This document shows positions 46,566-59,471 of a stretch of DNA of 64,000 bases, in pieces. The stretch comes from Octopus vulgaris. Lineage: Eukaryota. The stretch is from positions 8,990,001-9,054,000 of the forward strand of contig OX597842.1 of assembly GCA_951406725.2 (NCBI GenBank), read 5' to 3'. A program made the translations under genes and the position numbers. Position 1 is the stretch's first letter. Every line of letters starts with the position of its first letter. A model generated the notes under the pieces. It ran no database searches. It saw only the letters and a list, made by a program, of their open reading frames with translations, and was not told the DNA's origin.

Positions 46566-47529
46566 AATAATAATAATAATAATGATAAAGTTTATGGTTT
46601 GTAATATAGGCCTAAGGCCCTGAATTTGTAAGGAGGGTTGAGTGTGGGGTTCAAAATTAGGATGAAATGTGATGTAACCAACTACAAGTTACTACATATG
46701 ATGCTCCACCGATTCAGTCAGTCTCAGCATTTTGATAATATTGACATAAATTTGTAACATATAAACAAAGTCACAAAGTTCAAAGGGAGATCACTCCTGT
46801 TTTTGAATCTTGAAAGGAGCAGGCACAGGTATCTTGCTATAGAAGGGATCGTATATGGCTACCTTGCATTACATGGGGGTAACACCCCCGCATTATGTAT
46901 GATAGAGTGGGAATAGTTGGGAAGGAGATACGATGTATGCAAAAAAATATATTCTCATTGAACTGAAATTTGCGTTTTAATTGTCAGATGGGGATGGGTA
47001 TGACAAAAAAAATTGAAAAAAAAGAAAAAATGAACTCCTAGTGGCAAGCGTTAGCAACTCTTATTAAAAGGGAGAGATAATTTGTAGAAATTAAGAATTG
47101 ATTTCACAGAGAAATTGAATGTTCGTGCTTGGCGGATAAAAATTTTGGATCTTTGTCAGCAGAAAAGATTAGAACCATGTTTCGACCTTATTAAACCTTA
47201 TCAGGGAAATATATCCGAACCCAAGCAGAGAGATTTTAATAACAAAAAGAAAGGATTAGGAACAATATTGGCTGGTATAGTTTGCATAGCCACTTGTGCC
47301 AATGTTTGTGACACTGTGCCAGTGTTTGTGGCACCTTGCCAAATTTAGAGATGGTGAGGTATTAAGTGGATTTAGGTGCCTTCTTTAAATGTTTGAATCT
47401 GAGATTGCCTGAGATCAGTAGAGTGGTGTGTCTTGTTTAAGGTTTAAATATGAGACTAGACTATAAGTCGGTTGATTGATGTGACTGGTCTGATGTTCGA
47501 CAGATGAGTTCTGATACAAACACACACAC

Positions 47530-48680
<1,151 letters not shown>

Positions 48681-48819
48681 TGAAAGTAATTTATTCTGTA
48701 GCAGATTTGAAATTGGGAACTGTTCACTGGTATTGTTCAAGTTTGGACAATAAAAGGGGGTTTGACAGTCGGTTGACAGGGTAGGGAGAAACCAGTAAGG
48801 GTGGGAGAGATTTATGGGG

Positions 48820-50380
48820 TTTATTGGTAGAATTGCTTTAGAACACTTTTAGGGTGTTAGTAGAACAATGGTAGAATGTGTGAGCAGAGGTGGGGCAAAG
48901 CTGAGGGTTAGGTTTTTATTATTGCTAGCAACGAGTATATACTGGGAGAAACATTGGTAGACTTCTGGTAGAACTTTGGTAGAAGATGTGAGTGGCATTG
49001 TGGTAAAGCTCACAGATAATTTAACAATATTGCTGTAACAAATATATATTGGGAGAAACATCTGTAGAAAGTGAGTGGGGCTGGGGTAAGCTGGCGGAAA
49101 ATTTTACAATATTGCTAGCAATGAATATTCATTGGGAGAAACTTCGGTAGAATGCTGGTAGAACATGTGAGTGGAGTTGGGATAAAGCTGGCGGATAATT
49201 GTGCAATATTGCTAGTAATAAATATATATTGGGAAAAACATTGGTAGAATGCTGGTAGAACATTTGAGAACGTGATTGGAGCTGGGATAAGTTGGCAGAT
49301 ATTTTTACAATATTGCAAGCAACAAATATATACTAGGAGAAACATTGGTAGAATGCTGGTAGAACATTTGTAGAGTATATGAGTGAAGAGGAGGTAAGCT
49401 GGTAGATAATTCCACAATATTGCTGGCAACAAATATATATTGGAGATACATTGATAGGGTTCTGGTAGAACACTGGTAGAATGTGTGAGCTCTGGTAGAA
49501 CATTTCAGCAGAATAGGGAAAGTGCTGGTGGATATTTCCACAATAGAGCTAAGAACAAAAACACATTAGATAAACATTGGAAGGTTTCTGGTAGAACGTT
49601 GGTAGAACATTTCAGTAGATTGGAGAAAATCATGATGGATAAATCCACAATTTTCTTAGCAACAAATATACATTGGAGAAACATTCGTAGAGTTCTGGTA
49701 GAACACTGGTAGAACACAGGTAGAATGCTGGTAGAACATTTCAGCAAAGGGGGAGAACTGCTGGTGGATAATTCCAGAGTGTTATTAGCAACATATATAC
49801 ATAGCAGACACATTTCAGAAGAGTGGTGAAAAGTTTGGTAGAACATTCTAGGCATATGGTAGCAGCAAAATTCTTCAACAATACAATACAGAAACATTGG
49901 TAGAAGTTTTGTTGAACATTTGGTAGAATACTGATCGGACATTGGTTGAACATTTCAGAAGAGCAATGTAAAAGCTGGTAGATAGTTTTCACACTGTTGG
50001 TAAGACATAAAACATCTGATTAAGCAGAAGAAATGACTGGTAGAAATTATTTACGGTAGAGAACTGGTAGAACATCTTCCAATTAGAAAAGACAACTGGT
50101 AGAAGATACATCTAGTAGAGCTGAAGACTGGTAGAACAGACGCTTGGTAGAACTTAATAACTGCTAGTGTAGACAAGGGGTAAAAGATATGGTTGGTATA
50201 ACATATATATATGGTATTACAAACGGCTGGTAGAATAGAGGATTGAGAAAACCGAGAACTGGTAGAAGAGAACAGAACACATATTTGGTGAAACAGATAA
50301 CTGGTAGAACACATATGTGGTAGAATCGAACACTGGTAGAATAAACACCCGATAGAACAGAAGACTGGTAGAACAATCCA
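48820..50380. repeat. Degenerate ~100-bp tandem array built on TGGTAGAA motifs
   Basis: at least 35 GGTAGA copies counted by eye; AATATTGCT anchor recurs roughly every 80-125 bp. Confidence 0.85.
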
Positions 50381-50498
50381 GGACAGCACTTCCCAAGCTG
50401 TTTATATATATATATGTATATATATGTATATATATATTTATGTATATATATATATATTTCCTCTCCACCATCCCAATAGATATGAGACTGTGGCTCTC

Positions 50499-50601
50499 TC
50501 AGCAACAGCCACCAACTTTCACTGTGTTCTCCTGCTGGATATACTCAGCCACGTTAAATGCAGGCTCATCTGGTTTGCGAAGTTTTTTCATTTTCAAATC
50601 T
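50499..50601 (-). CDS. Rab26: Rab terminal coding exon (RDLKMKK...VKVGGCC*)
   Basis: ttttcag|A GAT ... TGT TGC TGA; phase matches the previous exon. Confidence 0.92.
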
Positions 50602-52081
50602 CTGAAAAATAAGACAGGAAAAAAATGAGAGGTTGAGAGAAGGGGAGGGGTAAGGGAAGGAGAGAAAGAGGGGAAATGAGAGAGAGAGGAGGAAGGAGAG
50701 AGGGAGGAAGAAGGGGAAGGAAAAAGAGATGGGAAAGAGAGAGGGGGAAGGATTAAGAGAGAGAAAGAGAGAAGGAGAAAAAGAGAGAAAGAAGAGCTGA
50801 AAATAAAACAGGAAAATAATGAGAGGTTGAGAGAAGAGGCGGGGGTAGTTGAAGGAGAGAAAGGGGGAAATGAGAGAGGGGGAAGGAGAGAAAGAAGGGA
50901 AATGAGAAAGGAGGAAGAGAGGAGGGAAGAAGGGGAAGGAAAAAGAGGGAAATAGAGAGAGGGGGAGGGAGTAAGAGAGAGAAAGAATCTCTGAAAATAA
51001 GACAGGAAAATAATGAGGTTGAGAGAAGGCAAGGGGGTAGTGGAAGGAGAGAAAGGGGGGAAATGAGAAAGGAGGAAGAAGAGAGAGAGAAGAAGGAGAG
51101 AAACAGGAAGGAGAGAGAGGGAGGAAGGAGAGAAACAGGAAGGAGAGAGAAGGAGGAAGAGAGGAGAGAAGGAGAGACGGGGAAGGAGAGAGAGAGGGAG
51201 AGAAAGAGGAGAAATGAGAGTGGAAGGAAGAAGAGAGGAGGGAAGGAGAGAGAAGGAAGAAGAGACAGGGAGGGAGAGAGGGAGGAAGGAGAGGGACAAG
51301 ATGGAGAGTGGGAGGAAGAAGGGGAGGCAAAAAGAGGTGGGAAAGAGAGAGAGAGGGGGAAGGAGTAAGAGAGAGAAAGAAGAGCTGAAAGAAAGCCAGG
51401 GTGCCCAAAAGAGCAAATAAGTGATGGCACTTTTATCTTCTATCTTTTATACTTGTTTCAGTCATTAGACTGTGGCCATGCTGGGGCACTGCCTTAAAGA
51501 ACATTTTGTTTAGGCCAAATGAATCGACCATGGAACTTTATTTCTTTTTAAAGCTTCATACTCATTCTATTGGTCTCTTTTGTCAAACCGCTAAGTTATT
51601 GGGACATAAACACACCAACACTGGTTATCAAGTGGTAGGCTTGGAGGACACACTGACACACACATATACACATGATAGGCTTCTTTCAGTTTCTACCTGC
51701 CAAATCCACTCACAAGGGTTTGGTTAGCCTGAGGTTATAATAGAATACACTTGACCAAGGTGCCATGCATTAGGGATTCTGACCTTTAAATTTTGGGGAA
51801 AAAGATACGGATTATACTCGAGGATTATTTATGACAGACTAATCTGATTTTGAAAGGATTAATCCAGCAATATCTGGCCCAAACATTCCCTCTGTCTTAT
51901 ATTCAAACCATCCATAGGCGCAGGAGTGGCTGTGTGGTAAGTAGCTTGTTTACCAACCACATAGTTCCGGTTTCAGTCCCACTGCGTGGCACCTTGGGCA
52001 AGTGTCTTCTACTATAGCCTCGGGCCGACCAAAGCCTTGTGAGTGGATTTGGTAGACGGAAACTGAAAGAAGCCCATCGTA

Positions 52082-52125
<44 letters not shown>

Positions 52126-55100
52126 TGTGTGTGTTTGTGTGTCTGTGTTTGTCCCCTTGGCATTGCTTGACAACCGATGCTGGTGTGTTTATGTCCCCGT
52201 TACTTAGCAGTTCGGCAAAAGAGACCAATAGAATAAGTACTGGGCTTACAAAAGAATAAGTCCCGGGGTTGAGTTCATCGATTAAAGGCGGTGCTCCAGC
52301 ATGGCCGCAGTCAAATGACTGAAACAAGTAAAAGAGAGTATATGTGGTCACTTATTTCATTTGAGAGGTGAAATCTGAATGGTAAAGGACTAAGATAATT
52401 TTATCAAAATAAAATAAGAGTTAATGGCTAAACATTGATGATGACAAGAAACGGTGGCTCACCTGGCAATGGCCATAAAAGCAAGATCTACGTTCATTCC
52501 GGTCTTTGCACTGGTTTCCATGAATGCTACATTATGGTCCTGGGTGAGAGAAAGAGAGAGTTTTTGGAGTGATGTACAGATATTGTATATTTAGAAAAGT
52601 AAGGTTGCCAGAATGATAATAAATCCGATAATAAAAGAAAGCACTAAAAATGTGAATAAGTAGAAAATAAATAAAAAATGTATATAATCAACCAACATTC
52701 TATGTTATTATTCTATATATATATATATATATATTAGATTTATATTTATACGTCTGTATATGTATGGCGTTTGCACGCATCCTTCTGTGTATGTTGATAT
52801 ATATATGTACACTTTAATATGAATATGTATTGCAGTGTAATATTTATAATAAGTTTTAATTTCCATGCATTAATTATATTTTCTTCATTAACGTCAATAT
52901 GTATTTTATTTAATGTAAGGTTTTTTCCTCGAATTTTATAATTTTTATAATTTTTATAATTTTTTTATAGATATATACATATATTTTGGAGCTCATTTTT
53001 TGTTTATCGCTCGAAGATTGACTGTTATTTCTAAAGGGCCAATCAAACAAGTCCATTTTTTAAAGGTGTAGCGTTTGTAAGAGTCTGGATTGAATTGATA
53101 TATCGGTTCCATTCTAGCAAAAACTGTCTGATGAACGGCAACGAGAAACTCAGAGTAACAGATTTTGTTGAATTTTCTGCTGCTTTAAATAAAGTATATA
53201 TATATATATATATAGATAGATACGAGCAAAACGCACCCCACCCCGTCCAATGGACGGTGTTGAGTTGTCAAACATTTCAACCAAAAAGTGCATATGCAGT
53301 TTGTGCAAAAAAAGCCGGCTGGCTTGAAATAATGCCATAAAATGCAGTATATTTAAGAGACCAAAAACGTAAGATGCAAAGGAGATATTTTATTCAAACT
53401 TGGTATGAAGGAAGGAAAAACTATTTTGTTTCGGAAGAAGTTTTTTTTTTTTGTCTTAACTTTGTTTAACAAAACCAAAAATTTTATTGAAATAAAGGCA
53501 GGCTTAATTATTTTTTAATGAAAAGAACTGTTTAAACCATGTTTGTGTTCTCCCAGTCAACAGCCTTATCATTACTGGTACTTTAAACTATTCGGTTGCA
53601 TATTTGTGTGAATAAAATCGTTTTTCTTTGGAATAGAGAAAAAGTCTATCTTTATTTCTCTTTTTGCTGGTGTCTCAAATTTAGGTTAAATCAGTGTTTC
53701 TCAAAGGGGAGGCCTATGGGACGGTCGAACAAGTTGTTTTGAGAAAATTTGGTTTAAATGTTTGACAAATCAGCACTGTCCGTTGGACGAGGTGGGGGAC
53801 GTTTTGCTCATCATCATCATCATCATCGTTTAACATCCGTTTTCCATGCTAGCATGGGTTGGACGGTTCAACTGGGGTCCTGGAAGCCAGAAGGCTGCAC
53901 CAGGCCCAGTCTGATCTGGCAGTGTTTCTACAGCTGGATGCCCTTCCAAATGCCAACCACTCCGTGAGTGTAGTGGGTGCTTTTTACATGCCACCTGCAC
54001 AGGTGCCAGACGAGGCTGGCAACCGGCCACGATCGGATGGTGCTTTTTATGTGCTACCAGCACGGGGGCCAGACGAGGCTGGCAACAGCCACGATTGGAT
54101 GGTGCTTTTTACATGCCACTGGCATGGAGGCCAGTCGGGGCGGCGCTGGCAATGGCCATGTTCGGTTGGTTCTCTTACATGCCACCAGCACTGGTATCAC
54201 AGCTACAATTTTCATTGATGTTGATCGATTTTGATTTTGATTTTCACTTGCCTCAACAGGTCTTCACAAGTAGGGTTTGTGTCACAAGAAGGAAAGGTAT
54301 GCATAAGTGGGCTGGCTACGTCCCAGGTAGAGGCCATGGGCTATGGTCTCGTGTATATATTTGTACAAAACAAAAAAAAAGAGTTCAAATCTACGTACCC
54401 TTGCTAGCCGTTCACCATCCTCTCGTCGGACGATCTTGTCCCCGCTCATATCAGCTTTGTTGCCTAGCAACATGATGACTACATCCTCCTGTGCATATTC
54501 GTTAATCTCCGTCAGCCATGCCTAGAGACGTGAGCAGGTTGATGGTGGTGGTGGTGGTGGTGGTGAAAGAAATAGAAAGAGAGAGGCAAAGCATTAACAA
54601 TGACAAATTTCTTGAAAATAAATGAAGATAAAACGTTTAATATACATAACACAAAGGCAGTGAGATGGCAGAATTGTTACCATGCCAGGCAAGATCCTTA
54701 CCGGTATTTCGTCCATACTCTTTTACTTGTTTCAGTCATTTGACTGTGGCCATGCTGGAGCACCGCCTTTAGTCAAGCAAATCGACCCCAGGACTTATTC
54801 TTTGTAAGCCTAATACTTTGTTGAAATGTTGCAGTATAGAATACTCTACTCACATTTGGTATTTTACCTGTCAAGGCACCTGCATCCTTCGAAACTTCCA
54901 TGCATCCCAGAATTCACCAACATTAGTCTACTCTTTACTCTTTTACTTGCTTCAGTCATTTGACTGCGGTCATGCTGGAGCACCGCCTTTAGTCGAGCAA
55001 ATCGACCCCAGGACTTATTCTATCAGTCTCTTTTGCCAAACCGCTAAGTAACAGGGACATAAACACACCAGCATCGTTTGTCAAGCGATGTTGGGGCCAC

Positions 55101-58100
55101 ACACACACAAACATATACACACACATGCATATATATACATATATACATATATATACGACGGGCTTCTTTCAGTTTCTGTCTACCACATCCACTCACAAAG
55201 CTTTGGTTGACCCGAGGCTATAGTAGAAGACACTTGCCCGAAATGCCACACAGTGGGATTGAACCCAGAATCATGTGGTTGGTAAGCAAGCTACTTACCA
55301 CACAGCCATTCCTACACCATCTTCACATTCTGAGTTCAAATTCCACCCACGTTTACTTTGCCTTCCATCCTTTCGGGGTCTTCGAAATAAGTTACGCACT
55401 GGGGCCGGTGTAATGAACAAGTCCCCTCCCACTCCATACTACGGATAGGTGGACAAGTTCCTGGGTCTCAACAGTTACACCTGGGAATAGGCTCTTGAAG
55501 GTGTTTGCATGTAATGGTGCTCTTCATATTAGGGGAGCAGTTATATGATGATTATGCGATAATTATATGGTAATTATATGATAATTATATGATAATTTGA
55601 TTGAGTACCTGCTGAATGAAGAAGAAGAAGAAGAAGAAGAAGAAGAAGAAGAAGAAGAAGAAGAAGAAGAAGAAGAAGAAGAAGAAGAAGAAGAAGAAGA
55701 AGAAGAAGAAGAAGAAGAAGAAGAAGAAGAAGAAGAAGAAGAAGAAGAAGAAGAAGAAGAAGAAGAAGAAGAAGAAGAAGAAGAAGAAGAAGAAGAAGAA
55801 GAAGAAGAAGAAGAAGAAGAAGAAGAAGAAGAAGAAGAAGAAGAAGAAGAAGAAGAAGAAGAAGAAGAAGAAGAAGAAGAAGAAGAAGAAGAAGAAGAAG
55901 AAGAAGAAGAAGAAAAGAAGAAGAAGAAGAAGAAGAAGAAGAAGAAGAAGAAGAAGAAGAAGAAGAAGAAGAAGAAGAAGAAGAAGAAGAAGAAGAAGAA
56001 GAAGAAGAAGAAGAAGAAGAAGAAGACGACGAAGAAGAAGAAGAAGAAGAAGAAGAAGAAGAAGAAGAAGAACAACAACAACAACAACAACAACACTTAC
56101 CCGAATGTTATCAAAGCTGGTCTTGTTTGTGACATCATAGAGCAACAACAAGGCTGCAAAACAAAAACAAAAAAAATGAAAGAAAAACCACAATCAAATA
56201 AATAAATAAAACATAAATGTGATGTTGTGATATTCATGGCTTTGCAATAATGATAAGAACAGCATGAGTAAGATGGCCGGGGAATTAGGTCTACGCTAAT
56301 GAGAACCTCTCTGCTTAATATTGGGGGCAAAGTTCACCAAACAAATTCATTTCCATTTCTAAAATAGGGTTCACTGTAATAACCAAGCCTTCTTCATTAA
56401 GTCCCTATTTATCTTTGATATAGGGTCCATGTGCATTAGTCTCTAAAGTAGAGACCACATGAGAGCGAGTTCAAAATAGCAGCTAATCTTCCTTAATAAG
56501 GTCCCTAATGTCATTGATATAAGGACCATATGTGCCAGCTTCTAAAATAGGGGCCACATGAACCAGCTTTTAAAATAGGGGTCGCATGAAACCCTGCTGA
56601 ATGTAGCACAAATCACCTTTGATAAATTCCCTAATATCTTTGATATAGGGGCCACATGTACCAGCTTCTAAAATAGGGGTCACATGAAACCCTGTTGAAT
56701 ATAGCACTCAAACCTCCTTCAATAAATTCCCTAATATCTTTGATATAGGGGCCACATGCACCAGCTTCTAAAATAGGGGTCACATGAAACCTTGCTGGAT
56801 GTAGTACTCAAACCTCCTTCAATAAATTCCCTAATATCTTTGATATAGGGGCCACATGTACTAGCTTCTAAAATAGGGGTCGCATGAAACCTTGCTGAAT
56901 GTAGCACTCAAACGTCCTTCGATAAAATCCCTAATATCTTTGATATAGGGGTCACATGTACCAGCTTCTAAAATAGGGGTCACATGAAACCTTGCTGAAT
57001 GTAGCACTCAAACCACCTTCAATAAATTCCTTAATATCTTTGATACAGGGACTACATGTAGCTGCTCCTAAAATAGGGACCACATGAAACCTTGCTGAAT
57101 GTAACACTGAAACCTCCTTCAAAAATTCCCAAATATCTTTAACACTGGGGCCACATTCATCAATGTTTAAAATAGGGGAAAAATAGAGGCAACATTATCT
57201 AGGACTACATATTCTGATGTGTTCCTTTGAAAATAGTTTTGTCTGGTGAAAGCTGATCTGGGGTTAAAGGATATGATTAACAACAATAACAATACACAGC
57301 TTCTAAAATAGGGGTCACATGTTCATTGGGTACTATAACAATAACAAACCTATAGGGCTCAGTTATATCTGCTTCAAAATTTAGCTCAAGGACAAGTTCG
57401 GTGGGGGGGTACGTTGAATGCATCAACCCCAGGGCTCAACTGGTATTTATTAAACATGAAGGATGAAAGGCAAAGTCAACCTTGGCTGTGTTTGAACCCT
57501 GAATGTAAAGATGGATGAATTGCCTCTAAGCATTTTACCCAGTGGTCTGACAGTTTTGCCAGCTCACTACCTTAATAGTCACGACTGACCGTGGGCTTGC
57601 ACCTAGAAAGTTACCCTCCCAGGCACAAGTCTGGGCAGGGTTGTTTATGGAGGACCAGCAGTCGCCCATGCATACCAGTCTCCCCTCTCCCTGCCATTAT
57701 ATGTACATAGGGTAGAGAGTAAAGACCCCCTTCAGTCATGAATGACCATGGGATTGCACCTAGAAAGTTACCCTCCGAGGCACAAATCCAGGCAAGGTTG
57801 TTTATGGAAGACCAGCGCTCACCCATGCATAGCAGCTTCCTCTCTCCATGCCACCAATGTTATCCAAGGGAAAGACAAAGGTCGATACAGCTTGGCACCA
57901 GTGATGTCACAAGCCATTCTTTTTCTTTTTTTTAATATATATCATCATCATCATCATCATCGTTTAACATCCGTTTTCCATGCTAGCATGGGTTGGACGG
58001 TTCAACTGGGGTCCGGGAAGCCAAAAGGCTGTGCCAGGCCCAGTCTGATCTGGCAGTGTTTCTACAGCTGGATACCCTTCCTAACGCCAACCACTCCGAG

Positions 58101-58258
58101 AGTGTAGTGGGTGTTTTTTATGTGCCACCTGCACAGGTGCCAAACGAGGCTGGCAAACGGCACGATCGGATGGCGCTTTTTACGTGCCACTGGCACGGGG
58201 GCCAGACGAATTCCGTCCAACCCATGCTAGCACGGAAAACGGACATTAAATGATGATG

Positions 58259-58289
<31 letters not shown>

Positions 58290-58314
58290 TACATATAGAC
58301 ATACATACATACAC

Positions 58315-58350
<36 letters not shown>

Positions 58351-58495
58351 CATAATCCGTCGAGGTCTACTTTGCTTTCATCCTTTCGGGGTCGATAAAT
58401 TAAGTACCAGTTACGCACTGGGGTCAATCTAATCTACTTAATCTCTTTGTCCTTGTTTGTCCCCTCTATATTTATCCCCTTGTGGGCAATAAAGA

Positions 58496-58558
<63 letters not shown>

Positions 58559-59434
58559 GGTGCAGGTACGGCTGTGTGGTGAGAAGTTTACTTCCGGACC
58601 ACATAGTTCCAGGTTCAGTCCCACTGCATGGCACTTTGGGCAAGTTTCTTCTACTACTATAGCCTCAGGCTGACCAAAGCCATGTGAGTGGATTTGATAC
58701 ATGGAAACTGAAAGAAGCTTATCATATAAATAAATATATATATATATATGTATGTATAGGGAGAATTCACAAAAAAAATAGATGAAGACAGGTGGTGTAA
58801 ACAACAAACAGATGTATTAGTTTAATGCTCGGGAAATGAGAAAGTCTTTAACATTTCGAGCCTATGCTCTTCCACAGAAAGGAACACAGAAAGAAACAAG
58901 GAGAGAAAATAAAGAGCGTGTAGTAGCTAGTGATCTATCATATATATGTGTGTATTTATGTGTGTGTATGTGCGTGATGAACTTATTGTGTACAAGCTCA
59001 AGTAGACTACCACTCATTAGAAAATGATAAAAAGAAAGGAGACACATATGACAGCAATGGAAGCCAAAGGGACGTGCACAAGAAGGCAGGTTAAAACACA
59101 AAAGGATAGAAAAAGGAACATTAAAAGAGCCCTAAAAGAGGGAAAAGTGCACAGGTATAGCACGAGTAGTGTTGGTGTATTTCAGGAAGTATGGAATTTT
59201 TGAGGGCTGGACAGACCTGGCAGTTTATTCTGTGCATGAAAATTTTGGTGGGGGGAAAATCATGGATGCAGACCTGTTTTTGAATTTTAAAAGCAGGAAT
59301 GGCTGCCTGCATGGTAAAAAGTTTGCTTCCCAACCACATGGCTCCAGGTTCAATCTCAGTGGAGCCATTGTTTTTACTATGGCCTCAAGCCAACCAAAGC
59401 CCTGTGAATTTTGTGAAACTGAAAGAAGCCTGTC

Positions 59435-59471
<37 letters not shown>

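Noticed and set aside
48860-50345. Similarity of CACTGGTAGAA / CAATGGTAGAA to the middle of miR-183/miR-182
   Set aside because: Seed regions are absent and there is no pre-miRNA hairpin; short matches are expected by chance in this array.
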